A DNA stretch of 64,000 nt from Nitrosomonas sp. (GTDB lineage: Bacteria; Pseudomonadota; Gammaproteobacteria; Burkholderiales; Nitrosomonadaceae). This document shows positions 1 through 10,559 of the stretch, piece after piece. Made by a program: the position numbers and the translations under genes. Each line of letters starts with the position of its first letter. Positions within the stretch are counted from its first letter, which is position 1. The DNA is taken from the NCBI GenBank assembly GCA_024281695.1, contig JAMXAE010000001.1:1538-65537 (forward strand). Reading direction: 5' to 3'. The notes beneath the pieces were generated by a model, which saw only the letters and a list, made by a program, of their open reading frames with translations, ran no database searches and was not told where the DNA came from.

Positions 1-1634
1 ATGTTAGTTAGTTGCTTGCCTTTGATCGGGTTGACGACCAAGTCGTTATCGCGGGTATGAATGCCGATCACCATGCCTTCGTATAGACGGTCGCCGGGGC
101 TGACGAACATGCGGCCGCGGTCTTGTAATTTCCATAGTGCATAGGCGACGGCTTCGCCTTTTTCGGCGGAGATCAGCACGCCGTTTCTGCGTGGCGGGAT
201 TTCCGGGCGCATGGGAGCAAATTCATCAAACACGTGACTCATTAAACCGGTGCCGCGCGTCATGGTCATGAATTCGGATTGAAAACCGATTAAGCCGCGT
301 GCAGGAATGCGGTAATCCAGCCGCACGCGTCCTTTGGCATCCGACACCATGTCCTGCAAATCGCCACGGCGCGCACCCAGGGCTTCCATGACTGCGCCTT
401 GATTGGCTTCGTCCACGTCGACGGTCAACATTTCAAATGGCTCGCATTTAACGCCGTCGATTTCACGGATCACCACATGCGGACGGGAAACGGCCAACTC
501 ATAGCCTTCTCGGCGCATGTTTTCCAGCAAAATGGTTAGGTGCAATTCGCCACGGCCGGAAATCAAGAATGAATCGGTTTCATTGGTTTCTTCCAATCGC
601 ATCGCGACATTGGTTAACAATTCTTTTTCTAAGCGTTCGCGTAACTGGCGACTAGTGACGAACTTACCTTCCTGACCGGCAAAAGGCGAAGTATTGACCT
701 GAAACGTCATGGTGAGTGTCGGTTCATCCACGGCATGGATAGGTAATGCTTCGGGTTTGTCGATATCGGCCAGTGTGGTGCCGATGCTCAGCTCTTCGAC
801 GCCATTAATCAGAACAATATCGCCCGCCAAGGCTTCTTTCATTTGTATTCGTTCCAGGCCTTGAAAACCGAGCACTTGATTGACCTTCGCTTTTTTAGGA
901 GGTTTATCGCCCAGTAATATCATCACTTCCTGACCAGGTTTTAGCTTGCCGCGACGAATACGTCCAATGCCAATACGACCGACAAAACTGGAATAATCCA
1001 ATGCGCTGATTTGTAACTGAAAGGGTTCTTCAGGATTACCTTCAGGGGCGGGAACATGCTTAATGATGGTGTCAAACAACGGACGCATATCTGTGCTCGA
1101 TTTTTCCAGCTCCAATGTGGCAAAACCATTCAATGCAGAAGCATAGACGACGGGAAAATCAAGCTGTTCATCATTGGCGCCAAGTTTGTCGAATAAATCA
1201 AATGTTTGGTCGACCACCCATTCTGCGCGCGCACCGGGTCGGTCGATCTTGTTAATCACGACAATGGGACGTAAACCCAAAGCCAGTGCTTTTTTGGTAA
1301 CAAAGCGGGTTTGCGGCATCGGGCCTTCGACTGCATCGACTAACAGCAATACGCCATCGACCATGGATAAAACACGTTCTACCTCGCCGCCAAAATCGGC
1401 ATGGCCGGGGGTATCGACGATATTGATATGGATGCCTTCATAATCAATGGCACAATTTTTGGCTAGAATCGTAATGCCTCGTTCGCGCTCGATATCATTC
1501 GAGTCCATTACTCGCTCGGAAATCTGTTGGTGTGCGGCAAAGGTGCCGGCTTGGTGTAAAAGCTTGTCGACCATTGTGGTTTTGCCATGGTCAACGTGAG
1601 CGATGATGGCGATATTGCGGATAGGGCGAGACAT
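1..1634 (-). CDS. typA: Translational GTPase TypA/BipA (3' end runs off the window)
   Basis: Reverse-strand translation from ATG at 1634: [20 protein letters not shown]...[17 protein letters not shown]...[14 protein letters not shown]...INKIDR. Open to the window edge, so missing from the ORF track. Confidence 0.96.
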   Translation of the reverse strand, partial: MSRPIRNIAIIAHVDHGKTTMVDKLLHQAGTFAAHQQISERVMDSNDIERERGITILAKNCAIDYEGIHINIVDTPGHADFGGEVERVLSMVDGVLLLVDAVEGPMPQTRFVTKKALALGLRPIVVINKIDRPGARAEWVVDQTFDLFDKLGANDEQLDFPVVYASALNGFATLELEKSSTDMRPLFDTIIKHVPAPEGNPEEPFQLQISALDYSSFVGRIGIGRIRRGKLKPGQEVMILLGDKPPKKAKVNQVLGFQGLERIQMKEALAGDIVLINGVEELSIGTTLADIDKPEALPIHAVDEPTLTMTFQVNTSPFAGQEGKFVTSRQLRERLEKELLTNVAMRLEETNETDSFLISGRGELHLTILLENMRREGYELAVSRPHVVIREIDGVKCEPFEMLTVDVDEANQGAVMEALGARRGDLQDMVSDAKGRVRLDYRIPARGLIGFQSEFMTMTRGTGLMSHVFDEFAPMRPEIPPRRNGVLISAEKGEAVAYALWKLQDRGRMFVSPGDRLYEGMVIGIHTRDNDLVVNPIKGKQLTN

Positions 1635-1781
1635 AATAATTCCTCAAAAATAAGCTGTTAGTTGCAACGGTGGGGGCGACATTATAGCAGTTGGCTGTTA
1701 ATATGACCAATTTACCAATCATTTTGTTCAGGCAAAGAATTCAAAAATAGCCTAGAACGAGGCGCAGCAGAGTTCTTTTAT

Positions 1782-2780
1782 ATGAATGACACCCCAAAAG
1801 CAGTGACTCAGATGCCGTCATTTATCCGCTATCTATCCAAAAATTCATTACAATCTCTGCAGCTGACAACTCAGGAAGTGACTGCTCGCATTGAGCAACT
1901 GATCTTTGCCCGCAAACGGCAGCAAGTTTGGAATGCCCCCAAGGCGGTAATTACGCCTCCGGATGGCCGATATATGATGGCGACTCTGGCAGCCGCCGAC
2001 GATCCGCCATTTTTGGCCGTCAAAGCATTGGTGCTGAATCCGGATAACCCAGCGCATGGATTTAACAGTATTAATGCGCTGGTGACCTTGCTGGATAGTC
2101 ATTCCGGAATACCGCTCGCCATACTGGATGGGAATTGGATAACCGCGGTGCGAACCGCCGGATTGAGCGCTGTTGCTGCCAAACGACTCGCCAAGCCGGA
2201 TGCTTCCATTGTCGCTTTTATCGGTTGTGGCGTACAGGCGCAGAGTCACCTGCGGGCTTTCGCCGAGCTATTTCCGTTAAAACAGATTCGCGCGTTTGGA
2301 CGTGGGGCTACCAATCGAGAGGCTTTGTGTCAGCGTGCTGAGAAAATGGGCTTGACAGCCATTGTCAGTGAAACAGCACAGGCAGCAGTCCGTGATGCGG
2401 ACGTGATCGTTACTTCCGTAACTTTATCGCCACAACTGGTTCCATTTCTAGATGCGCATTGGCTAAAACCGGGCGCTTTTGTCACGATGACGGATCTGGC
2501 TGCGCCGTGGTTGGTTGAGAGCATGTCCGCATTTGATCGCATTATTGTCGATGACCTGGAACAAGAGGCCAGTATGTCCAAACCGCTGGTTGATCCAGCT
2601 TTAGTCTGCGGTGATTTGACCAGTTTAGTGGGTGGCGATGTGGCTAGTCGATGTGCTGATGACGAGCGTACTACTTTTGTATTTCGAGGGCTTGCGCTAG
2701 GAGATTTGGCGTTGGCCGGATTGGCCTATCAGCGTGCCTGTGAATGTTCGGAAGGCACGTTGATAGAGGCTTGCCTATGA
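1782..2780 (+). CDS. Ornithine cyclodeaminase / mu-crystallin family protein
   Basis: 332 aa; ITAVRTAGLSAVAAK, Rossmann FIGCGVQA, C-terminal FRGLALGDLALA. Confidence 0.88.
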   Translation: MNDTPKAVTQMPSFIRYLSKNSLQSLQLTTQEVTARIEQLIFARKRQQVWNAPKAVITPPDGRYMMATLAAADDPPFLAVKALVLNPDNPAHGFNSINALVTLLDSHSGIPLAILDGNWITAVRTAGLSAVAAKRLAKPDASIVAFIGCGVQAQSHLRAFAELFPLKQIRAFGRGATNREALCQRAEKMGLTAIVSETAQAAVRDADVIVTSVTLSPQLVPFLDAHWLKPGAFVTMTDLAAPWLVESMSAFDRIIVDDLEQEASMSKPLVDPALVCGDLTSLVGGDVASRCADDERTTFVFRGLALGDLALAGLAYQRACECSEGTLIEACL

Positions 2781-2790
2781 AGGCGGTTTA

Positions 2791-2988
2791 TTACTTATCT
2801 TCCTTGTCTACTCCCGTCATAAGGAATTTAACCAGCAGCGCGAAAATGAGCGGAACTATACTGAGTCCTGTAACCATATAGTGCTCGGTAGTGAATTGAT
2901 CGCCTTCGTCCATGATGATGTAGCCAAGAAATATTGAAACCGGGGTAATAATCGATAGCGTTATTATCAAACCAAATAATCGATTCAT
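2791..2988 (-). CDS. Small two-TM membrane protein, unknown function
   Basis: 65 aa with two hydrophobic helices; AGGA SD upstream of the ATG. Confidence 0.65.
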   Translation of the reverse strand: MNRLFGLIITLSIITPVSIFLGYIIMDEGDQFTTEHYMVTGLSIVPLIFALLVKFLMTGVDKEDK

Positions 2989-3183
2989 TTGTTGATGTCC
3001 TTTTTAATGAGATTTTTTTTCTAAAGTATATGCTTGTTGGCACAGTAAGCCCAGTGTGAAATCGTGGACCGGCTTCCGGAAAAAGGATAAGTGCAGTGCA
3101 ACATTCGTGAATTTATATCCTAAGCGGGTTAAAATGAATTTTCTCACACTAACCCGATTTTATAATAAGGCCCGTAAAAGCGG

Positions 3184-3507
3184 ATGGAACCAATTCTTGT
3201 CATTACCCACTTTCCCGATAAAAAAGGCGCTGTTGCGGTAGCCAGAGCATTGATCGATCAACATGTGGCCGCTTGTGTCAATATACTGAGTCCTTGTACT
3301 TCAATGTATCGCTGGCAGGGTAAAATTGAATCGTCCGACGAGATTCCGGTTTTGATCAAAACCCAACGCCAACACTATGAACGGGTTGAACAGTTGATAA
3401 AGATGATGCATTCTTATGAACTTCCGGAAGTGATTATGGTTCCTATAATGGGCGGATTACCTGCTTATTTGCAGTGGATCGCTGCTGAAACACAACTATC
3501 TGACTAA
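3184..3507 (+). CDS. cutA: Divalent-cation tolerance protein CutA
   Basis: AACVNI..SMYRWQGKIE..E..VLIKT..HSYELPEVI motifs; directly upstream of dsbD. Confidence 0.95.
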   Translation: MEPILVITHFPDKKGAVAVARALIDQHVAACVNILSPCTSMYRWQGKIESSDEIPVLIKTQRQHYERVEQLIKMMHSYELPEVIMVPIMGGLPAYLQWIAAETQLSD

Positions 3508-3523
3508 ATAATACTGAATACCG

Positions 3524-5461
3524 ATGCGCTTAATCCAATATCTCTTACTTATTTTATGCCTGACCAGTGCGAACGTTTCTGCACAGGAAAGTGGTTCATT
3601 CAATCTATTTTCAAAATTACAGGGCCTGGGTATCAGCTTGGGTCAAAATAATTCCCAGGAACTGTTACCGCCCGATGAAGCATTCAAGGTATCGGTGGAA
3701 GTGCGTGATGGTCATACACTGATTGCCCATCTGACACCTGCAAAGGATTATTACCTGTATCGTGACAAAGTTGTTTTTGAGTCGAAACAGACCGGCATTG
3801 TCATTGAAAAAATAACCTTGCCCCCGGGCAAAATGAAAGAGGATATGACGTTTGGTCAAACGGAAGTTTATTACAGCCCGATTCAGGCCATTATCTCACT
3901 AAAACGCGAAGATCCTGCGAGCCAACAAGCATTGACACTGGCTGCCACTTATCAAGGGTGTAATGAGCCGGTGGGGGTTTGTTATGCGCCGATTCATAAA
4001 GCCATCGATCTGACATTGCCCGCCATGAAAGCTGCCATTGGCGCTGTAGCTGAAGCAGTAAGCGGCAAAGCGACAGCAGCGGGGATCGATGCCACTGCTG
4101 AATTGTTTCAGATGCCATCCAAAGCGCCTGCTATTGAAACTGAAGCGTATAAAATTGACCAAATGTTTCAAACCGGTGATTTTTGGTTAATTTTGACTGG
4201 ATTTTTTGGCATTGGTTTGCTACTGGCATTTACGCCGTGCGTGTTTCCGATGTTCCCGATTTTGTCGGGAATTATTGCGAATCGTGGCAAGCATGTGACC
4301 AAAGGTCATGGATTTATCTTGGCGCTGGCTTATGTAATGGGCATGGCAATCACTTATGCCATCGCTGGCGTGGCTGCCGGGCTATCGGGTGCTATGCTGT
4401 CGGCGGCGCTGCAAAATGCCTGGGTGCTGGGGTCATTTGCAGTGATCTTTGTTTTGTTATCCTTTTCCATGTTTGGTTTTTATGAGCTGCAATTGCCGGG
4501 CGCATTGCAGACTAAATTGTCTGAAGAAGCCGGGCACCTGAGAGGCGGGCATCTAGTCAGTGTGTTTGGCATGGGGGCATTATCTGCTTTGATCGTTGGC
4601 CCATGCGTTGCCGCACCGTTGGCGGGTGCTTTGCTGTATATCAGCCAGACCCGTGATGTGGTTTTGGGGGGAGCCGCGTTGTTTGTCATGGCACTGGGTA
4701 TGGGCGTGCCATTGTTGTTGCTAGGCACGTCAGCCGGTGCGTTACTACCCAAAGCCGGTGCATGGATGGAGTCGATCAAACGATTCTTTGGCGTGTTGTT
4801 GTTGGGAGTTGCCATCTGGCTTATTTCTCCGGTTATCAACGAAGTGGTTCACATGCTGTTGTGGGCTGCTTTGCTGATCATTTCAGCCATTTATCTGCAT
4901 GCCATCGATCCGCTACCGGAAAGAGCCTCGGGTTTGCAAAAATTTCTCAAAGGCATTGGTGTCATTGCATTGCTAATGGGTATCGCTTTATTGATTGGTG
5001 TTTTGTCGGGCAGCCGTGATGTTTTACAGCCGCTTTCAAAAATCAACTTGGTTAGTGCAAATACGGTTAATACTGATGAGGTGGCTGTTTCTACTAATGA
5101 ATCCTTACCGTTCCAACGGGTAAAAACCGTTGCGGAATTGGATGAAATGATTCGCCAGTCCAAAGATAAATACATCATGGTGAAATTTTATGCCGATTGG
5201 TGTGTTTCCTGCAAAGAAATGGAGCGCTTCACCCTTTCCGATACCAAAGTACAGTCTCGCTTAAAGGATGTTGTTCTGTTGCAAATTGACGTGACTGACG
5301 GTACTCCCGATGATACGGCTTTACTTAAGCGTTTTAAATTGTTTGGACCCCCGGGTATTTTATTTATCGATCGTCAGGGTGATGACATTCCGGATATCAA
5401 AATTATTGGTTTTCTCAATAAAAATGATTTTTTAACCGTGTTGAATGCGGTGCTAATTTAA
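3524..5461 (+). CDS. dsbD: Thiol:disulfide interchange protein DsbD
   Basis: Signal peptide; alpha domain QGC..GVCY; TM domain FTPCVFPM and VGPCVAAPL; thioredoxin domain FYADWCVSCKEME. Confidence 0.96.
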   Translation: MRLIQYLLLILCLTSANVSAQESGSFNLFSKLQGLGISLGQNNSQELLPPDEAFKVSVEVRDGHTLIAHLTPAKDYYLYRDKVVFESKQTGIVIEKITLPPGKMKEDMTFGQTEVYYSPIQAIISLKREDPASQQALTLAATYQGCNEPVGVCYAPIHKAIDLTLPAMKAAIGAVAEAVSGKATAAGIDATAELFQMPSKAPAIETEAYKIDQMFQTGDFWLILTGFFGIGLLLAFTPCVFPMFPILSGIIANRGKHVTKGHGFILALAYVMGMAITYAIAGVAAGLSGAMLSAALQNAWVLGSFAVIFVLLSFSMFGFYELQLPGALQTKLSEEAGHLRGGHLVSVFGMGALSALIVGPCVAAPLAGALLYISQTRDVVLGGAALFVMALGMGVPLLLLGTSAGALLPKAGAWMESIKRFFGVLLLGVAIWLISPVINEVVHMLLWAALLIISAIYLHAIDPLPERASGLQKFLKGIGVIALLMGIALLIGVLSGSRDVLQPLSKINLVSANTVNTDEVAVSTNESLPFQRVKTVAELDEMIRQSKDKYIMVKFYADWCVSCKEMERFTLSDTKVQSRLKDVVLLQIDVTDGTPDDTALLKRFKLFGPPGILFIDRQGDDIPDIKIIGFLNKNDFLTVLNAVLI

Positions 5462-5525
5462 CGAGAAAACCAACAAACTATTAGAACAGTGAGTCATCTC
5501 ACGCATCGCTTCATTTAAGGGAATC

Positions 5526-6119
5526 ATGATGGCAAAATTAAGACAATTATTAATCTATTTAGGCTTGGCTGCGCTAGCCATAACTACGGGTTTTATGCTG
5601 CGAGCGCAACTCATGGGCGGTGGCTCGCAAACTGTTCTTTCCAGTGAAGCCAGCCAGCAGGGTGCAAAAGCAATTTTTGCTGCTAGTTTGCCAGATATTC
5701 AGGGAGACACCCAGGCAGTTTCGCAGTGGCTAGGTAATGTCATCGTGGTGAATTTTTGGGCTACTTGGTGTACCCCCTGTCGTGAGGAAATTCCTGAGTT
5801 TATAGAAGCACAGAAAAAGTTTAGCGATCAGGGATTGGTGTTTGTCGGGATTGCGATTGATCAAGCCGACAAGGTAAAAATGTTTAGTGAAGAATTTGGT
5901 ATCAATTATCCGGTATTAGTCGGCAGTATGAATACCTGGTCATTACTAGAGGCAGCGGGAAATCGTCAATCTGCGCTACCTTACACAGTGGTTATCAATC
6001 GTTCTGGAGAAATTGTTGAAACCTATTTGGGTCGTGTCAATTTGAAAAAACTGGAAAAATTGGTGATCCCGTTGTTAACGGAAAATCCGCAGGCCCAGCA
6101 ATCAAAGGAAGCCAGTTGA
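5526..6119 (+). CDS. TlpA/ResA-family membrane-anchored thioredoxin
   Basis: N-terminal TM; VVNFWATWCTPCREEIP. Confidence 0.92.
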   Translation: MMAKLRQLLIYLGLAALAITTGFMLRAQLMGGGSQTVLSSEASQQGAKAIFAASLPDIQGDTQAVSQWLGNVIVVNFWATWCTPCREEIPEFIEAQKKFSDQGLVFVGIAIDQADKVKMFSEEFGINYPVLVGSMNTWSLLEAAGNRQSALPYTVVINRSGEIVETYLGRVNLKKLEKLVIPLLTENPQAQQSKEAS

Positions 6120-6564
6120 TGCTATCAACTTAATAGAAGTGGTTCTGGTACAGAAGCTGATCAGTATTAGCTGATATCTTTCTTTCCTCTCTCGTTTGGA
6201 TCGATTAAAAATACGCCGGCATTAGTTTTGCCAGGCAAATTGTTTGGTTTTTCTCAAGAATCATGAAGCTGTGAACGAATGAATCTAGGTTCATTTAAAC
6301 AAAATGTGTCGCCAATAAAAATAGTTTCTGTCAGTGATAATCATGTAATATAAATCCAGGAATGGAATGCTTTGTACACAAACGTACATACGAGCTACTC
6401 TGTCCTTGCAATACCGCTTTCTGATTTTTGCGAATATTTACTGGAGAATTTGATCGATTCGTGAATTTCAGATTAATAACGTATTGAAGGTAGCTTAAAG
6501 CAAGAGCCTTTAATCAAATGTAACGAGGGATATTTTTCCGTTAATCATTTGGGAGAGCCTAAAC

Positions 6565-6894
6565 ATGACACATTTTAATAACCGTTTCATCGCATTCTTC
6601 TTTTTTACTCAAATAGTTTTTTTCTCAGGTTGCGCATCGACGCCGCAGTATGAAGGAGCCAGAGAACAATACGATGATATTGTCATTACCACCAAGGTCT
6701 ATGAAGCAATTCTCGATGAACCTTCCCTGAGACCCTTCGACATCAATATCAGAACCACAAAAGGTGTCGTAGAATTGAGCGGTTTGGTCAATTCTCGCGA
6801 TGATATGTACAAAGCGATAGCTATTGCACGCGGTGTCAATGGCATAAAGTTTATCAAGAATGATATGCGAATTCCGGGGACTGGCGACTATTAA
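6565..6894 (+). CDS. BON-domain lipoprotein (OsmY-like)
   Basis: Lipobox FSGC; DDIVITTKV..I.I.T.KGVVELSG..A.GVNGIK.IKNDM BON pattern. Confidence 0.88.
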   Translation: MTHFNNRFIAFFFFTQIVFFSGCASTPQYEGAREQYDDIVITTKVYEAILDEPSLRPFDINIRTTKGVVELSGLVNSRDDMYKAIAIARGVNGIKFIKNDMRIPGTGDY

Positions 6895-7063
6895 CTGCGC
6901 ATACCAGTGAATTACAAGTTGAGCGGGGCACTTAATCTATTTAGTAATAGCATATAGCTTTTTGTGTCCCGTTTGACTTGCCAGCGAAATAATCTGTGCT
7001 TGCCAAGTGACGCTACGTTGGTTATGCATGGATAACTCTTAATGTACTTTACCGAGCTAACTT

Positions 7064-7441
7064 ATGCCATTAGCTGATCTTGTACTGATGATTCATTTTC
7101 TTTATGTGCTGTTTGTCGTTGGTAGTTTGCCGGTTATCTGGTTGGGTGCATGGTTTAAGTTGGCGTTTGTCAAAAACCGCTGGTTTCGCTATTTGCACCT
7201 GGTTGCCATTTTATTGGTGGTAGCCGAATCCTTAATGGGCCTCGTTTGTCCGTTAACGGTATGGGAAAATTCATTACGTCAGGTTGAAATGGACGCTAGT
7301 TTTCTTCAGTATTGGATACATCAAATCATGTTTTACAACATATCTGAAACCGTGTTAACAGTGGTTTATGTACTATTCGCCGTTTTGGTCGCAGCAACGT
7401 TCAAGTGGGTACCGCCGAAACCTCGTAGCAATCTTCCTTGA
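7064..7441 (+). CDS. DUF2784-like membrane protein
   Basis: LADLVLMIHFLYVLFVVG, HL, CPLTVWEN motifs. Confidence 0.8.
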   Translation: MPLADLVLMIHFLYVLFVVGSLPVIWLGAWFKLAFVKNRWFRYLHLVAILLVVAESLMGLVCPLTVWENSLRQVEMDASFLQYWIHQIMFYNISETVLTVVYVLFAVLVAATFKWVPPKPRSNLP

Positions 7442-8347
7442 TCATCCTGAAGCAAGGCGACTGTCGTTCGTTTCTTCTGAATCAGGTATCAGCATTTCTT
7501 CAATGGTTGGTTCAAATATTTCTTCGTCGAACGCGGTGTCGCCATCGATCACGGGCTGACCCTGTGCTTTCAGGTTAAAAAAATCATACCGGGATGTGTC
7601 GGCCAGATGCGATAACTGAATATTTTGTATGGAACGGAACATGGTTTCCAATCTGCCCGGAAATTTTTTATCCCATTGCTGCATCATTTCTTTGATGGCT
7701 TGACGCTGCAAGTTCTTTTGAGATCCGCACAGATTGCAGGGAATGATGGGGAAATCTGCGATTTCGGCGTAAGCCGCCAAGTCTTTTTCTTTACAATAAG
7801 CCAAAGGCCGGATAACAATGTGTTTGCCGTCATCGCTGACCAGTTTGGGTGGCATGGCTTTCAGTTTGCCACCATAAAACATATTCAGAAACAGGGTTTC
7901 AAGAATATCATCACGATGATGGCCCAGCGCTACTTTAGTCGCGCCTAATTCGCTGGCAACGCGATATAACACGCCACGACGTAACCGTGAGCACAGGCTG
8001 CAAGTAGTTTTTCCCTCGGCAATAACGCGTTTTACGACACTATAGGTATCCTGCTCAACGATACGAAAAGGCATACCAATGTTAGTCAGATAGTCGGGTA
8101 GCACTTTTTCAGGAAAGCCGGGTTGCTTTTGATCCAGATTAACCGCTATCAATTCAAATTCCAACGGTGCGTGGGCCTGCAGATTACGCAAAATGTCCAG
8201 TAGTGCATAGCTATCTTTACCACCGGATAAACACACCATGATTCGATCACCGGCTTCGATCATATTGAAATCAGCAATCGCTGTTCCAACTTGACGTCTT
8301 AAGCGTTTATGCAGTTTGTTAGTATTATAGAGTTCTTTTTTTTGCAT
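7442..8347 (-). CDS. ttcA: tRNA 2-thiocytidine(32) synthetase TtcA
   Basis: PP-loop [30 protein letters not shown]. Confidence 0.96.
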   Translation of the reverse strand: MQKKELYNTNKLHKRLRRQVGTAIADFNMIEAGDRIMVCLSGGKDSYALLDILRNLQAHAPLEFELIAVNLDQKQPGFPEKVLPDYLTNIGMPFRIVEQDTYSVVKRVIAEGKTTCSLCSRLRRGVLYRVASELGATKVALGHHRDDILETLFLNMFYGGKLKAMPPKLVSDDGKHIVIRPLAYCKEKDLAAYAEIADFPIIPCNLCGSQKNLQRQAIKEMMQQWDKKFPGRLETMFRSIQNIQLSHLADTSRYDFFNLKAQGQPVIDGDTAFDEEIFEPTIEEMLIPDSEETNDSRLASG

Positions 8348-8513
8348 AATTTCTGCGAATGGATAGGGAAAGAATAATTATTTTTCTAACGGAGCTGGCT
8401 TTGCCGCTCCTGTGGCAGAATATTAGACAAATGGAATGGAACAATTTAGCATAGATAGATTCTAATTGCGGGTGGATAATGGGTTGTTCGGGAATAATTT
8501 TTGGGAGAATTCT

Positions 8514-8981
8514 ATGAACAGGTTTTTTGTAATTATACCATTGGTAACTTTGGCCTTGTTTTCAACCAATAGCTATTCGAGTACAAACCAATCCAATAGA
8601 GAAGTAGACGCCGATATTATCAGATCAGGCGATCCAAGCGAAGTGTCGCATACTATCAAACTGACCCAGGTAGATAATATGTTTTTACCTTCTGAGATTA
8701 CGGTGAACGAAGGAGAGACTGTTCGGTTTGTAATAAAAAATGGCGGTAATAGAAAGCATGAGATGTTGATAGGCTCTATGGCAGAGTTGAAAAAAATTGC
8801 TAATATGCGACGCATGTTTCCTGAAAAGGATCATTCTGAGGCACATTTGATGCAACTTGAACCGGGTGAGCAAAAAGAATTGATTTTGCAATTTATCGGC
8901 GCAGGAACTATTGATTTTGCCTGCCCGTTGCCAGGTCATTTCAAGAAGATGCGCGGAAAAATAACTGTGGAGAAAAAATGA
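8514..8981 (+). CDS. Periplasmic cupredoxin (CopI-like)
   Basis: Signal peptide; GETVRFVIKN..HEM..FACPLPGHFKKMRG type-1 Cu ligands. ATG at 8514 follows a GGGAG SD. Confidence 0.85.
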   Translation: MNRFFVIIPLVTLALFSTNSYSSTNQSNREVDADIIRSGDPSEVSHTIKLTQVDNMFLPSEITVNEGETVRFVIKNGGNRKHEMLIGSMAELKKIANMRRMFPEKDHSEAHLMQLEPGEQKELILQFIGAGTIDFACPLPGHFKKMRGKITVEKK

Positions 8982-9517
8982 AAATACGAGTAGGTACCCT
9001 ATTAGCTGGATCAATCGTTGGCGTCGGTTTATTGATTGTCGCTTTACAAGCCGCTGCTACGGCAACCGTTGACGTTTATAAAAGCCCAACGTGTGGGTGC
9101 TGTGCTAAATGGGTCGATCATATGCGCGATCACGGTTTTACCGTAAATACGCATGATATCGGCAATAAGGAAATAAGAAAAAAATCCGGTATTTCAAGTA
9201 CGCTAGGTTCGTGTCATACGGCTTTAGTGAATGGATATGCAATTGAAGGGCATGTGCCAGCGCCGGATATCATTCGATTACTTAAAGAAAAACCAAAAGC
9301 TGTTGGTTTGGCTGTGCCGGATATGCCACATGGAACTCCCGGTATGGAAGGTGCACGTAGTGATCCCTATAATGTTCTTCTGATCAAAGAACGTGATGAG
9401 GAACGCAAGGATACGACTATTTATAACCGCTATGACCCACATGCCAAGAAGGTTGAGGAAGCTGATTCAATTAAACCAGAATCCGATAAGAGCGGTTCAG
9501 TAATGCGATTAAAGTAG
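8978..9517 (+). CDS. DUF411/CopG-like periplasmic metal-binding protein
   Basis: KSPTCGCCAKW, SCHTA, IEGHVPA, GLAVPDMPHGTPGME. Confidence 0.9.
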   Translation: MKIRVGTLLAGSIVGVGLLIVALQAAATATVDVYKSPTCGCCAKWVDHMRDHGFTVNTHDIGNKEIRKKSGISSTLGSCHTALVNGYAIEGHVPAPDIIRLLKEKPKAVGLAVPDMPHGTPGMEGARSDPYNVLLIKERDEERKDTTIYNRYDPHAKKVEEADSIKPESDKSGSVMRLK

Positions 9518-9518
9518 A

Positions 9519-10007
9519 GTGCATCTTCTATCCATGACAAACCCCATTTTTCTGCTGTTTTGTATCGCTGGTTTGATGTTGTTTGGCTGTGGCGATTCTG
9601 CTCCGCTTGGTGCTTTATCAGGGCAGCATCAGATCAATAGTAAAACCGGCTTGGTAGTAAAGAACCTTGATCCGATACAAATAAAGCGTGGCGAGAGTGT
9701 TTATGTTGCCAATTGTGTGGGTTGTCATGGAATCAATGGACAAGCTACACCGGATTGGCGCAAGCCCGGTGCCGATGGCAAATATCCGCCACCGCCATTG
9801 GATGGAACAGCGCATGCCTGGCACCACTCAACGGAGGTTCTGAAGAAGACTATCCTTAAAGGTACTCCGCCTGAGATTGGATCTATGCCAGCATGGGAAG
9901 GAAAATTAACCGAACAGCAAATTGATGATGTGATTGTCTGGATAAAATCTTTATGGCCAGATGAAGTGTACGATATCTGGTATAAGAATTTTGAAAATAG
10001 CCAATAA
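9519..10007 (+). CDS. Monoheme c-type cytochrome (possible lipoprotein, CopJ-like)
   Basis: CVGCH heme motif, PPPLDGTAHAWHH, MPAW axial Met. Confidence 0.87.
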   Translation: MHLLSMTNPIFLLFCIAGLMLFGCGDSAPLGALSGQHQINSKTGLVVKNLDPIQIKRGESVYVANCVGCHGINGQATPDWRKPGADGKYPPPPLDGTAHAWHHSTEVLKKTILKGTPPEIGSMPAWEGKLTEQQIDDVIVWIKSLWPDEVYDIWYKNFENSQ

Positions 10008-10058
10008 TCTTATAAATGTTTGTAATTTTGCTCAAGTTAATTTTTATAAGTGCACAAT

Positions 10059-10457
10059 TTATTCTTCAGCAGGCTTTTGTTCCAGGCGTTTAATTTGTTC
10101 AAACAGCGCTTCTCTTTCATTTTCTAGTGCCTTATAGCGTGCATAGAGACGATCCAGATCCGCAGTATAGCTTTCAATTCGTTCTTCCCTTTCTTGTTTT
10201 AGTCGATTCATCTCCTCATAGCTAGGGATAGGAATGCTTTTTCCTGAGGGGTTAGAGGGCGTTAAAACGGGCAATTCCAACATTTCATTCCGACGCAATT
10301 CTTGGGTCATTAAAAACTGCTGATAAGTCGCCTGGGATTCTTGCTGCACTCGAGCCATTGTTTTTTCTAGCTGGCGAATCTCAGTTTTATCCTCGATTTC
10401 GGATGAAACAGTCATTGAGGAAATTAATAATAGAAGAAGTAAAATTAAATATCTCAT
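10059..10457 (-). CDS. Exported coiled-coil hypothetical protein
   Basis: MRYLILLLLLLISS signal peptide followed by a charged helical region; start chosen at the ATG preceding the hydrophobic stretch. Confidence 0.7.
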   Translation of the reverse strand: MRYLILLLLLLISSMTVSSEIEDKTEIRQLEKTMARVQQESQATYQQFLMTQELRRNEMLELPVLTPSNPSGKSIPIPSYEEMNRLKQEREERIESYTADLDRLYARYKALENEREALFEQIKRLEQKPAEE

Positions 10458-10559
10458 GGTGTGGGTAAGTTTATAGATAAGTAGTAACCATACGCACCTA
10501 TAGCTGCTTGTCAAGCACAGTACACTATTTACATTAACCATTATTGTTCTTAGGTTGGA

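Noticed and set aside
6216-6232. Sigma54-like GG-N10-GC element (CCGGCATTAGTTTTGCC)
   Set aside because: Imperfect consensus, about 330 bp from the next start, no supporting activator evidence.
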